From an uncultured bacterium (GTDB taxonomy: Bacteria > Desulfobacterota_D > UBA1144), in the NCBI GenBank assembly GCA_913050325.1, contig CAJWZP010000006.1, positions 25,278 to 89,277 on the forward strand: a stretch of 64,000 nt of DNA, given 5' to 3'. The translations under genes were made by a program, and so were the position numbers. Positions 30,944-41,183 of the stretch are shown here, piece after piece (within the stretch, counting starts at the first letter, position 1; each line of letters opens with the position of its first letter). Under the pieces are notes generated by a model. That model was not told the origin of the DNA. It did not search any database and saw only the letters and a program-made list of their open reading frames with translations.

Positions 30944-31564
30944 ATGAAAATTGGTGAGACTAGAAAAGAATATAAAACAAGAAAAATAATAATTAATTCC
31001 GATTGTCCTATATTAACTTTTAAAAATTGGTATAAGAAGGCTGAAAAGAAGGTTTCTGAACCAAATGCATTCAACTTAGCTACATCCTCTGGAAAATATG
31101 TTTCTTCAAGAATGATGTTACTAAAAGATTATGGAGAAACTTTTATCTTTTTTACAAATTTTCATAGTAGAAAAGGTGTTGAACTATTTAATAATAGTAA
31201 GTCCTCAATGAATTTCTGGTGGAAAGAAATTCAACAGCAAATAAGAATTGACGGAGTAGTTAAAAAAATACAAAAAGAAGAATCAAAGGCATACTTTTAT
31301 TCAAGACCTAAGAGCAGTCAAATAGGAGCCTTTTTGTCGAACCAAAGTCGTAAAATAAACTCCTATGAAGAGTTAATAAAGGAATATAAACTTCTAATCA
31401 AAAAATATAAAAATGATATAGTTCCCTATCCAAAAAATTGGGGTGGATATGAATTAACACCTTATAGAATAGAGTTTTGGCAAGGTGGATCATATAGGCT
31501 TCATCAAAGAGTTGAGTTTATTAAGGCACGAACAAAATGGCAAATGAAAAAACTAGCACCTTAA
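30944..31564 (+). CDS. pdxH: Pyridoxamine 5'-phosphate oxidase
   Basis: EPNAFNLAT, RMMLLK, FFTN..SRKG, SRP..SQIGA, WGGY...EFWQG..RLH. Confidence 0.95.
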   Translation: MKIGETRKEYKTRKIIINSDCPILTFKNWYKKAEKKVSEPNAFNLATSSGKYVSSRMMLLKDYGETFIFFTNFHSRKGVELFNNSKSSMNFWWKEIQQQIRIDGVVKKIQKEESKAYFYSRPKSSQIGAFLSNQSRKINSYEELIKEYKLLIKKYKNDIVPYPKNWGGYELTPYRIEFWQGGSYRLHQRVEFIKARTKWQMKKLAP

Positions 31565-31983
31565 AAATAAAACCAAGATTTTATGTAGATAAAGAATGTA
31601 ATTGGTTTCAAGATGGTAAGCCTATTACTCATAAAAGGATTTATAAATATAATTATGAAAATTTAAAATTTTCAAATGGTTTATTTTATGTGCAAGAAGG
31701 TCAACAAAAAGCTTATATATACTTTGAAGATAGGCCGTATATGGTCAAATCTGTTAATTTCCTTAAAGAAGAGAAAATTATCATAAATTTAAATGATTAT
31801 ACATTTGAAGAACTTAATTTAGAATCTTTATATTTTGATAATAATATTCCCTATTGTAGAGTAAAAAAAAATGAATTTGAGGCAAAATTTTCAAGATCGT
31901 CCCTACACCAATTATCAAAAGAAATAATAATGAAAAAAGATAATTTTTATCTTTTTGGTAAAAAAATTAATATAAAGGGTTAA
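31537..31983 (+). CDS. DUF1285-like protein
   Basis: VDKE.NWFQDG.PI.H, EDRP and EAKFSRSS pattern; overlaps the end of pdxH. Confidence 0.55.
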   Translation: MANEKTSTLKIKPRFYVDKECNWFQDGKPITHKRIYKYNYENLKFSNGLFYVQEGQQKAYIYFEDRPYMVKSVNFLKEEKIIINLNDYTFEELNLESLYFDNNIPYCRVKKNEFEAKFSRSSLHQLSKEIIMKKDNFYLFGKKINIKG

Positions 31984-32036
31984 AATTATATAAAAAAGTA
32001 CATGAAACCCATCGTTCATGATATAATTTCAGCAAA

Positions 32037-33293
32037 ATGTTCCAAGCAAGGTTTTTCCAATTTTTAATTTTTATTTTTTTTATTTTCTTATTTAATAAAA
32101 TAGTTTATTGCTCTACTCTAAATTTAAATCTTAATAAAGCTATAGACATAGCTGAATCTAACAACCTTGAACTAAAATTTTTAGAAAAAGATTTAGAGGC
32201 TAAAGACTATTTGAGAACTCAATACTCATCAGCATATCTACCACAAGTTGATATGACTCTTATCTATCCATTTGTGGGTAGATCATCATCTGTTAACTTT
32301 AGACAAATTTTATATGATTTTGGAAAATTAAATAAAAGAGTACAAGCTGGTAGCTATGCAATTAAAGCATTTGAATATGCAATAGTATCTAAACGTGATG
32401 AAATTGTTAATAAAATTTCGGAAAATTATTATGAAATTTTAAAATTAAAAAATTCTATTAAAAAAATTAAAAAAGATATTGAGACCAATAGAGATTTGTT
32501 ATCAAAAAATAAAGCTTTTTTAGAAGCTGGAAGATCCTCAAGGATTGATGTCATTGAATCAAATATAGATTTAAGTGAATCTGAATTAGAATATATTGAA
32601 CTTCAGGGGAAACTTCTCAAACACGAAGAAGATTTATTTAATTTGTTAGGTATTTTAAAACCAGATGAAGTAACATATGAATCAGAACTTTCTTATACAA
32701 GATTGAATTTAGATGAAAATCAAGTGCTAGAGTCTAGAGCTGCCACAGATTCAGATATCAAATCAACTGAAATGGAAATCTTATCTCAAAAAACTCTTAT
32801 TAGTGCATATAAGAGAGATTTCTTACCAACTCTTGTTGCTGGGGGAGCATACAGGTTTGAGGGTAAAGGGGTGGCAGAAGAAGATAAAGATAATGATTTT
32901 ATAGTTGGCTTGGGATTAACATGGAATATCTTTAGCGGCGGAAAGACAATGGGTCAAATTAAAGAAGCTAAGGCTAGGATAAAAGCGTTAAATGCTAAAC
33001 TAAATTTTCTAAAAAGCCAGATGAAATCAACAATCAAATACGGGTTAATAGATCTTGATACAGCTTATTATAAGATAGATGTTTATAAAAAACTTTTAAA
33101 CTCGGCAAACGTAAACTATGAATTTGTTAAAACAAAATTTGAAAGTGGTCAATCATCCCGTGTAGACTTAAAAGAAGCCGAGAGACTGTTACAAGAACAA
33201 AGCGTAAATTATGAAAATGCAATTTTTAGTTATTTAATCAAGATAGCAAGATTTGAAAAAGTTGTAGGAGTAAAAGTAAATGCCGAAAATTAA
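32037..33293 (+). CDS. TolC-family outer membrane protein
   Basis: Signal peptide, duplicated OEP repeats (YLPQVD / FLPTL, G.SSR.D); extended -10 TGATATAAT upstream. Confidence 0.9.
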   Translation: MFQARFFQFLIFIFFIFLFNKIVYCSTLNLNLNKAIDIAESNNLELKFLEKDLEAKDYLRTQYSSAYLPQVDMTLIYPFVGRSSSVNFRQILYDFGKLNKRVQAGSYAIKAFEYAIVSKRDEIVNKISENYYEILKLKNSIKKIKKDIETNRDLLSKNKAFLEAGRSSRIDVIESNIDLSESELEYIELQGKLLKHEEDLFNLLGILKPDEVTYESELSYTRLNLDENQVLESRAATDSDIKSTEMEILSQKTLISAYKRDFLPTLVAGGAYRFEGKGVAEEDKDNDFIVGLGLTWNIFSGGKTMGQIKEAKARIKALNAKLNFLKSQMKSTIKYGLIDLDTAYYKIDVYKKLLNSANVNYEFVKTKFESGQSSRVDLKEAERLLQEQSVNYENAIFSYLIKIARFEKVVGVKVNAEN

Positions 33294-34437
33294 AATTAAT
33301 ATTTTATTTGCAATAATACTATCTTTTTTTCTTGTATATAAAATCATAACTAAAGAAGGGGCTCCTGACTTTAGATTCTCAACAACAGAGGTTGTCAAAG
33401 GAGATATAGTTGAATCAGTTTCAAGTTCTGGAAAAATCATTCCAGGTGAAGAGATAAAAGTATATTCTCGTGTATCAGGTGACATATATAAAAATTATGT
33501 TGAATACGGTGATATAGTAAAGAAGGGTCAAATTTTAATTGAGTTAGACTCAACCAGGTATAAGAACGATTTATCAACCAAGTTAAAGAATTTAGAAATT
33601 CTTGAAATTGAATTTTTACAAATGAAAAAAAAAGTTGATAGTGATAAAAAATTACTCGAAGAAGGTTTTATTCCTAAAGTGGAATTTGAGGAAAGTCAAA
33701 ATGAATATAGGATAAAATCTATTGAAATTGAAGAATTAAAAAGTGGAATTGACTTATTAAGACAAAACATTACTGACACAAAAATAATTTCTCCTATAGA
33801 TGGAAGAGTTGACTATATAGATGAAGACCTTATTAAAGAAGGTAAAATCTTTACAAATAGTTGGGTTTATACTGTTTCGTCAGGATATAGAGATTTAAAT
33901 ATAAGTTTAAGTATAGATGGTAGAGAAATAACCAAGATAGATGTTGGACAAAAAGTTGAGTTTTCAGTTGAAAATAACTCAAATGTAAAATTCCTTGGTA
34001 TTGTTAAAAAAATTATAGAACCTATAGATCTGAAGCCAAATATCAACAAGGGGCCTGTATTTTATGAAGTTATTGTTGAGATAACAAATACTAATGCAGC
34101 TTTAAAAACAGGATTAAGTGTTGATGCGACAATTAATATTCAAGTTAAAAATAATGTATCAAAAGTTAAAAGATCTTCTTTAAGATTTGTTCCACCTGAA
34201 GGAATTATAATAAAAAGAGCACCAGAAAATGATGAAAATTATGGTGTTATATGGACATTAAATTCAGACAATACTTTATCAGCTTACTCAGTAGAAACAG
34301 GTATTAAGGATACAGAATACGTAGAAATTATTAATAAAAAAGACTTACCAATCGATTCAAAAATAATAACAAGTGTAGAGATTATTAAAAAAAATAAAAA
34401 TAACGGTTTTTCATTACCACAACCTAAGAGATATTAA
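33280..34437 (+). CDS. MacA-like periplasmic adaptor
   Basis: N-terminal TM; SSGKI.P, VSG...GDIVKKGQIL lipoyl half, IISPIDG, V.TGI.D. Confidence 0.9.
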   Translation: MPKIKINILFAIILSFFLVYKIITKEGAPDFRFSTTEVVKGDIVESVSSSGKIIPGEEIKVYSRVSGDIYKNYVEYGDIVKKGQILIELDSTRYKNDLSTKLKNLEILEIEFLQMKKKVDSDKKLLEEGFIPKVEFEESQNEYRIKSIEIEELKSGIDLLRQNITDTKIISPIDGRVDYIDEDLIKEGKIFTNSWVYTVSSGYRDLNISLSIDGREITKIDVGQKVEFSVENNSNVKFLGIVKKIIEPIDLKPNINKGPVFYEVIVEITNTNAALKTGLSVDATINIQVKNNVSKVKRSSLRFVPPEGIIIKRAPENDENYGVIWTLNSDNTLSAYSVETGIKDTEYVEIINKKDLPIDSKIITSVEIIKKNKNNGFSLPQPKRY

Positions 34438-34438
34438 A

Positions 34439-35116
34439 ATGTCTTCAAATATACTATTGGAATTATCTGGAATAAATAAGATTTATAAAATGGGAGATCT
34501 TGACTTACAGGTATTATTTGATGTTAGCCTACATATTTATCAAAGTGATTTTGTATCTATTATAGGTCCCTCAGGTTCTGGTAAAACAACACTACTTAAC
34601 ATAATTGCTTGTTTAGATCGTGCTACCAGTGGTAAATATAATTTTTTTGGTGAGGATGTAAATTCTAAAACCAATGATGAAATGTCAGAAATTAGAAATT
34701 TAAGAATTGGTTTTATATTTCAAAGTTTTAATTTAATTCCACGACATACGGCTCTTGAGAATGTCATTCTACCATTACATTATTCAAAGAAATTTAAAAA
34801 TGAAAACTTTAATAAGTTAGGTGAGGAGTGTTTAAATATGGTTGGACTTAAAGACAGAATTAATCACTATCCTAATGAACTATCAGGGGGCCAACAACAA
34901 AGAGTCGCCATAGCAAGGGCACTTGTAACTCAACCAGAAATTATTCTTGCAGATGAACCTACTGGAAATTTAGATTCAAAAACCAGCGATGATATCATGA
35001 ATCTTTTAAAAGAATTAAATAAAGATAAAAAAACTATTATAACAATTACCCATGATAATGAAGTTGCTGAACAAGCTAATGAAATGATTAGAATAAAAGA
35101 TGGAAGAGTGATTTAA
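34439..35116 (+). CDS. MacB-type ABC transporter ATP-binding subunit
   Basis: Walker A GPSGSGKTT, FQSFNL, LSGGQQQRVAIARAL, ADEPTGNLD. Confidence 0.95.
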   Translation: MSSNILLELSGINKIYKMGDLDLQVLFDVSLHIYQSDFVSIIGPSGSGKTTLLNIIACLDRATSGKYNFFGEDVNSKTNDEMSEIRNLRIGFIFQSFNLIPRHTALENVILPLHYSKKFKNENFNKLGEECLNMVGLKDRINHYPNELSGGQQQRVAIARALVTQPEIILADEPTGNLDSKTSDDIMNLLKELNKDKKTIITITHDNEVAEQANEMIRIKDGRVI

Positions 35117-36337
35117 TTGATACCAAATTACATATTATCAAATTTAAATGAAGCTAGAATTAATCTTTTTAGAAATAAAACCCGTACTTTATTAACATCA
35201 TTAGGAATCATTATAGGTATAACTTCTGTAATTATTTTAATTGCCATTACAAATGGTGCAAAATCTGTGATTGAAACTCAGCTTACAAGCTTGGGTGCAA
35301 AAACTATAATGCTTAAACCATTTGTAAGAACCGCAAGTGGACAAACAACTGGAAGAGGTCAAAATTTTACTGAAGAAGAATTGGAGCTCATTAAAAGTCT
35401 TGATTCGGTAGATTATTTAGCTCCAATCGTAAAAGCCTCTCAAGAAGTAAATTACAGATCGATATCAAACATTATAGCTCTAGTTGGATCGAATGCTGAT
35501 TTTGCCGCAATAAACGATTGGAACAACAAAAGTGGTTCGTTTATTACACAAAATGATGTTAATGATGGAACAAAAGTCTGTGTATTGGGTCTTACTAACT
35601 CTAGACGATTTTTTGGAGCAGAAAATCCAATTGGAAAAAAATTAAGAATAAATGGAGTTCCCCATCTTGTAATAGGAGTTTTAGAACCCAAAGGGCTAAC
35701 TCCTGGTGGAAGAGACCAGGATGATTTTATATTATTACCATATACATCACTAAATAGATTAAACTTCAGACCAGATCTTTCTAATGTAGTTAGTGTATTA
35801 ATGTCAGCAAGAAGTTCAGATGAATTAGAATATGCAAAATTTTCCATAAAGAAAATATTAAGAGAAACAAGAAGTTTGAAACCCGGGGAGGATAATTTTG
35901 ACATTTCATCTTACGAAGGTGTTACTAAAAGAATATTAAATACAACAAAAATATTAAGAATACTTTTGACATCTATAGCATCAATCTCTCTTATAGTTGG
36001 TGGCATAGGAATTATGAATATCATGTTAGTATCAGTTACTGAAAGAACTAAAGAAATTGGCATAAGAATAACTATAGGTGCAAAAAGTAAAGATATAGTT
36101 TTTCAATTTTTATGTGAATCAGCACTTCTGTCATTAATCGGGGGTATAGTTGGTGTTATGCTTGGTTTTATAATTAGTAAAATAGCTTCAACAATAATAG
36201 GATGGCCAGCAATTGTTTCACTTAGCTCAATTATGATATCATTTTTCTTTTCAGGCGGTATAGGTGTTTTTTTTGGAATATATCCAGCTTTTAAAGCATC
36301 GAAGTTGGATCCTATTCTTGCAATTAGGAACGAGTAA
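35117..36337 (+). CDS. MacB-type ABC transporter permease
   Basis: RTLLTSLGIIIG, VGGIGIMNIMLVSVTERTKEIGIR, YPA.KAS.LDP. Confidence 0.95.
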   Translation: MIPNYILSNLNEARINLFRNKTRTLLTSLGIIIGITSVIILIAITNGAKSVIETQLTSLGAKTIMLKPFVRTASGQTTGRGQNFTEEELELIKSLDSVDYLAPIVKASQEVNYRSISNIIALVGSNADFAAINDWNNKSGSFITQNDVNDGTKVCVLGLTNSRRFFGAENPIGKKLRINGVPHLVIGVLEPKGLTPGGRDQDDFILLPYTSLNRLNFRPDLSNVVSVLMSARSSDELEYAKFSIKKILRETRSLKPGEDNFDISSYEGVTKRILNTTKILRILLTSIASISLIVGGIGIMNIMLVSVTERTKEIGIRITIGAKSKDIVFQFLCESALLSLIGGIVGVMLGFIISKIASTIIGWPAIVSLSSIMISFFFSGGIGVFFGIYPAFKASKLDPILAIRNE

Positions 36338-36516
36338 TGATTTTTATAGGATTTAATTTTTTAATAAATAATTTTTTGAACTTACCGATTATAAGATCTA
36401 TTCCATTGATTTTATTAACTTTTTTTATCTACCCATTGAGTGTTATAGTTCTATACTTATTAAAGTTATTCACTATTCTAATAATTATATTTTATAGGTT
36501 GCTTAAAAATGAATAA
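36337..36516 (+). CDS. Putative 59-aa hydrophobic protein
   Basis: Hand translation MIFIGFNFLINNFLNLPIIRSIPLILLTFFIYPLSVIVLYLLKLFTILIIIFYRLLKNE; TAATG overlap with the permease stop and ATGAATAA overlap with the uppS start. Confidence 0.5.
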   Translation: MIFIGFNFLINNFLNLPIIRSIPLILLTFFIYPLSVIVLYLLKLFTILIIIFYRLLKNE

Positions 36517-37195
36517 GACGCCAGATCATATTGCTATAATAATGGATGGAAATAGACGATGGGCTGAAATAAACAATTTAGACAAAATACAAGGTCACAA
36601 ATCAGGAATAGAAGCCGCAAAAGAGATTTGCCTTGAGGCTCAAAAATTAGATGTTCAAGAATTAACTCTTTATGCATTTTCTCTACAAAATTGGAAAAGG
36701 CCACGAATAGAAGTTGAATCACTATTTAATCTTTTTATAGAATTATTTGAAGATAAATCAAAATTTTTTACTAAAAATAATTTTATATTTAATCCGGTTG
36801 GTAGATTAAATGATTTAAATCCTATAATTAAGAATCAATTGAATAAACTAAAAGAATTAACATCGAACAATAAAAATTTAAAAATTAATGTTGCTATAAA
36901 TTATGGAGGTATCGAAGAAATTACTGATGTTGTAAAAAAAGTTTTATCTGTAGGAACCAAAATTAATGAGATATCAATTGATTTAATTAAAAAATTATCA
37001 TACTTTCCTAATTCACCTGATCCCGAAATTATTATTAGAACTGGAGGCCATAGTAGAATTTCAAATTTTTTAAATCTTCACAATTCATATTCTGAAATTA
37101 TTATTTCAGAAAAATTATGGCCTGATTTTAATAAAGATGATTTACAATTAATAATTAAGAAGTATAAAATGATAGATAGAAAATATGGAAAATAA
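36509..37195 (+). CDS. uppS: Undecaprenyl diphosphate synthase
   Basis: HIAIIMDGNRRWA, YAFS..NWKRP, NYGG, RTGG..RISNF. Confidence 0.96.
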   Translation: MNKTPDHIAIIMDGNRRWAEINNLDKIQGHKSGIEAAKEICLEAQKLDVQELTLYAFSLQNWKRPRIEVESLFNLFIELFEDKSKFFTKNNFIFNPVGRLNDLNPIIKNQLNKLKELTSNNKNLKINVAINYGGIEEITDVVKKVLSVGTKINEISIDLIKKLSYFPNSPDPEIIIRTGGHSRISNFLNLHNSYSEIIISEKLWPDFNKDDLQLIIKKYKMIDRKYGK

Positions 37196-38345
37196 AATGT
37201 TAAAGTTTGTATCAATTATTGGGTCAACCGGGGAAATAGGGAATAAAACTTTAGAAATAATTTCCAGTCAAAAAGATAAATTTAAAGTTTCATTATTATC
37301 ATGCAATCAAAATATACATATATTAAAAAAACAGGTAAAAAAATTTAAACCAAATTTTGTCTATATCTCCAAAATTGAAGAGAGAGATAAATTTAAAAAA
37401 TATAAATTTAATTTTAAAATAAAAATTATCCCTAATGAGAAAGAACTAAATAAATTTTGCGAATCTAAATTAACTGATATTTTAGTTGCTTGCTCATCTG
37501 GAATTAATTCAATAGATCCAGTAATTTATGCCTTGAAAAGTAAAAAGAAAGTTTGTATTGCAAGTAAAGAAATATTTTTATTGTATGGGAATAAAATAAT
37601 GGCTATCTCAGAAAAATATAACAATAAATTCATTCCAATTGATAGTGAACATTCAGGTATTTTCCAAATTCTAGAAAATCAAAAAATTAAAAACGTAAAA
37701 TCTATCTATATTTCTGCATCTGGTGGACCATTCTATGGTAAAGAATTAGGAGAATTAAAAAATGTTTCAATAAAAAAAGCATTAAATCATCCAACATGGA
37801 AAATGGGTCAAAAAATTACAATTGATTCTGCTACGCTAATGAACAAAGCTATTGAAATCATAGAAGCCTCTATAATTTTTAGATTCCCTAGTGACAGGAT
37901 ATATCCAATAATTGATAAAAGTAGTCAAATACATTCAATAATTGAATATAATGATGGGAATTTTACTTTTTCTGCAAGTATTAATGACATGAAAGTACCT
38001 ATAAATTATGCACTTAACTATCCTGATAGAGTTAAAACAAAAACATATGCAAACTTTAATTTATATAATAGAATTGAACTTAAGAAAATTAACGAAAATA
38101 AACATAAAGCCTTTAAATTATGTAGATTAGCCCTGAAAAAAGGAGAATCTTCTATGGCTGTATTAAATGCTGCAAATAATATAGCTGTTAAATCTTTTTT
38201 AAATAAGGAAATATCGTTTTTGCAAATTTTAGAAATTGTTGAAAAAGTTTTAAAGAAACATAAACCAGTGAAAATAAAAAAACTTCAAGAAATTAGAAAA
38301 ATATATAAAAATACGGAAAAATTAACTTTAAATATCTGTAATTAA
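37185..38345 (+). CDS. dxr: 1-deoxy-D-xylulose-5-phosphate reductoisomerase
   Basis: GSTGEIG, ASKE, PIDSEH, ASGGPF, HPTWKMGQKITIDSATLMNK. Confidence 0.96.
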   Translation: MENKMLKFVSIIGSTGEIGNKTLEIISSQKDKFKVSLLSCNQNIHILKKQVKKFKPNFVYISKIEERDKFKKYKFNFKIKIIPNEKELNKFCESKLTDILVACSSGINSIDPVIYALKSKKKVCIASKEIFLLYGNKIMAISEKYNNKFIPIDSEHSGIFQILENQKIKNVKSIYISASGGPFYGKELGELKNVSIKKALNHPTWKMGQKITIDSATLMNKAIEIIEASIIFRFPSDRIYPIIDKSSQIHSIIEYNDGNFTFSASINDMKVPINYALNYPDRVKTKTYANFNLYNRIELKKINENKHKAFKLCRLALKKGESSMAVLNAANNIAVKSFLNKEISFLQILEIVEKVLKKHKPVKIKKLQEIRKIYKNTEKLTLNICN

Positions 38346-38363
38346 ATATATATTAATTACTTC

Positions 38364-39671
38364 ATGACTATCATTGTTTTCATATTAATAATTAGTTTCT
38401 TAATCTTTATTCATGAGCTTGGTCATTTACTTGCGGCCAAATGGGCTAATGTTAAAGTAGAAAACTTTTCTGTAGGTTTTGGACCCAAATTATTTAAATT
38501 CTATATTGGAGAAACAGAATATTCACTTTCTGCTCTTCCTTTAGGCGGATATGTGAAAATGCAAGGTGAGAATCCCACTGAAGTAAGTGATGACAGTATC
38601 ATTGATCCAAGTAGGAGTTTTTCTAATATTCCTATTTATAAAAAGCAAATTATTTTATTAGCTGGTCCTTTAATGAATTTATTAATTCCATTTATTTTTT
38701 TTCCAATAATATTCTTAAACGGTATTGATGCACCAGAATATTTAGAAAAAAAAATGGTACTAGGTTCGATTAATTCATCTGATGAAAGACTCGAAAAGTT
38801 TAAACCAGGAATGGAAATTTTATCAATTAATGATGTAGAAATAAATACATGGGATGACTTTCTAAAAACTAAAAATAATTTTTTAAAAGATAAAATTATT
38901 TTTGAAGTTATTTCTAATAATAAAGTGTATGAAATTAATTTAGATAATAGGTTTAACTATCTTGATTTAAAATCAATATTTAATCCTATCCTTAGTTCAA
39001 CTATTGGAGCTATTTTAGATAATTCTGCAGCCCAAAAAAATGATTTTAAAGTGGGCGATAAAATTATCAGTATTAATAATTCCGATATAAATGTTTGGAG
39101 TGATATAAGAAAAGAATTATCAAATAAAAATATTAAAGAATTTGAATTTATTTTAGTTAGAAATAATAATCTCATTAATAAAAAAATAACCTTTGATGCC
39201 AATGAGAGGAATGTTATTGGAATTTCACCAGAAGTAAAAACATATAAAAAAAATTTTAAAGGATCTGAGGTATTAACTAGCTCATTTAATCAATCAATAA
39301 GAAGTATTAATTTAATATTTCATGGAATAACAGATATCTTTGGAAAATTATTTACTGCAGATTCAGGGTTGTCAGATTTGAAAAAATCTTTGGCTGGGCC
39401 AATAGCTATAGCAAAATATTCTGGGAAAGCCGCCGAAAAAGGTTTGAATTCTATAATTCAATTTATAATTATAATTAGTATAAATCTTGGAATTATCAAT
39501 TTAATGCCTATTCCATTATTAGATGGTGGTCATATATTCTTTAATACTATTGAAGCTTTAACTAGAAGGAAAATAAACCCTAAAGTTCAAAACTTTTTTA
39601 ATAGAATAGGTTTTTTAATATTAATTTCCTTAATGGTATTTGCAATATATAACGACATAATAAATTTTTAG
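38364..39671 (+). CDS. rseP: RIP metalloprotease RseP
   Basis: HELGH, FSVGFGP, GGYVKM, AGPLMN, PDZ regions, NLMPIPLLDGGH. Confidence 0.96.
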   Translation: MTIIVFILIISFLIFIHELGHLLAAKWANVKVENFSVGFGPKLFKFYIGETEYSLSALPLGGYVKMQGENPTEVSDDSIIDPSRSFSNIPIYKKQIILLAGPLMNLLIPFIFFPIIFLNGIDAPEYLEKKMVLGSINSSDERLEKFKPGMEILSINDVEINTWDDFLKTKNNFLKDKIIFEVISNNKVYEINLDNRFNYLDLKSIFNPILSSTIGAILDNSAAQKNDFKVGDKIISINNSDINVWSDIRKELSNKNIKEFEFILVRNNNLINKKITFDANERNVIGISPEVKTYKKNFKGSEVLTSSFNQSIRSINLIFHGITDIFGKLFTADSGLSDLKKSLAGPIAIAKYSGKAAEKGLNSIIQFIIIISINLGIINLMPIPLLDGGHIFFNTIEALTRRKINPKVQNFFNRIGFLILISLMVFAIYNDIINF

Positions 39672-40366
39672 CTTAAAATTTTAATTATTTCGTTTATTTT
39701 TTTATGAATACAAGTAATTATTGGTACATCTCTTTCGGTATATGCTCTAGCCTTTTGAGATCTCATTTCTTCAACTAAATCTAAAAAATCTTCAGGATAA
39801 TCTGTTTCAAAAGAAACAACTTGTTCTTGGTCATCAATTCCAAAAGAATATGAGGTATTAATACTTATTGATGGATATCTGTGACCAGTCCCAATATGTT
39901 CAGACATCATTTCTTGTCTTTTTTCTTTACTTAACAAGTACCAATCTACTTTTTTAACAAAAGGGTATACAATTAAATATTTCCTTTTCTTAGGTTCAAT
40001 TTTTATCCTTGTACCTTCTTGTTCGATTTTTTTATTTTTACTTACATATTGAGAATGCTTTGTCATAGATAAAAAAGAATAACTAGTGTTCATATATCCA
40101 CCTAAACCGGAAGCATTGATTTCCATACTCATTTTTTCGAATAATTCTAAAGATTCGGAAACTCTCCAAATCATAAAATCCGATTCAGCCCTAATTCCTA
40201 ATGTTGAATATAAATTTAAAGTTAAAAGTTTTTCATACTTAACAAATACTTTATTTAATTTTAATAAAATTGAATTTCTTTTTTGTTTTGATAAAAGATG
40301 CCAAGAATTGTTCATCTTGATAAATGAATAATTTATATATTGTCTTCCGCTTGGCTCTCTTTTCAT
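39668..40366 (-). CDS. Chlorite dismutase superfamily protein, probably coproheme decarboxylase-like
   Basis: YPFVK..DWYLL..E.R..MM.EH (proximal His), YSFGIDDQE and FETD. Confidence 0.85.
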   Translation of the reverse strand: MKREPSGRQYINYSFIKMNNSWHLLSKQKRNSILLKLNKVFVKYEKLLTLNLYSTLGIRAESDFMIWRVSESLELFEKMSMEINASGLGGYMNTSYSFLSMTKHSQYVSKNKKIEQEGTRIKIEPKKRKYLIVYPFVKKVDWYLLSKEKRQEMMSEHIGTGHRYPSISINTSYSFGIDDQEQVVSFETDYPEDFLDLVEEMRSQKARAYTERDVPIITCIHKKINEIIKILS

Positions 40367-40392
40367 TTCAACACCTTTAAAATATAATTTAG

Positions 40393-41124
40393 CTACTTAT
40401 ATTCATCTCCAGGCTTAAGAATATGAACTTTAGAATCACAACTTGACTCAACTTTTTCTTTAAACTGTTGTGGGTTACCAGTTAGGACAGGAAATGTTCC
40501 ATAATGAATAGGTATGTAATCATTTACTTTTAATAATTTAGTTGCATATAAAGCTTCATCTACTCCCATCGTAAAATGATCACCTATTGGAATCATACAC
40601 AAATCAGGCTTATACAACTCAGAAATAATCTCCATATCACCAAAAACACTGGTATCACCAGCATGGTAAATACAAAAATTATTGGATAATTTAATAACAA
40701 GACCAGATGCTATACCCCCATATACTAGGTTTTCACTTTCTGTATCTGAAATGCCAGAACCATGAATTGCATTGACCATAGTAACAGTAAAATCGTCAAA
40801 ATATTGGCTTCCTCCATGTGACATTGGAGAAAGATTCTCTAAACCTTTTTTTCCTAACCACTGGCCAATTTCGAAATTTGAAATAGCAATAGCACTTTTA
40901 TTTTTTTTTAAAATTTCAATTGAATCACCAACATGGTCAAAATGGCCATGGGTAATTAAAACAAAATCTACGTCACCTATAGAATCAGGAGTCTCATTAG
41001 TTGAAGGATTGTCATTTAACCAAGGATCAATAATCAACTTCTTTTTTGATTCGAGTTCAATTAGAAAAGTTGAATGTCCAATATATTTTATTTTAGTGTT
41101 TCCGGGCGTATTCAAAACAGTCAC
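40393..41124 (-). CDS. UPF0173 metallo-beta-lactamase-fold hydrolase
   Basis: GHSTF, IDPW, THGHFDH, YHAGDT, PIGDHFTMG, PIHYGTF. Confidence 0.92.
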   Translation of the reverse strand: MTVLNTPGNTKIKYIGHSTFLIELESKKKLIIDPWLNDNPSTNETPDSIGDVDFVLITHGHFDHVGDSIEILKKNKSAIAISNFEIGQWLGKKGLENLSPMSHGGSQYFDDFTVTMVNAIHGSGISDTESENLVYGGIASGLVIKLSNNFCIYHAGDTSVFGDMEIISELYKPDLCMIPIGDHFTMGVDEALYATKLLKVNDYIPIHYGTFPVLTGNPQQFKEKVESSCDSKVHILKPGDEYK

Positions 41125-41183
41125 CTCATAAAATTCAAAATCTATGTTATGATATACGAAAAAAAAAGTGAGTTCAAATTACC

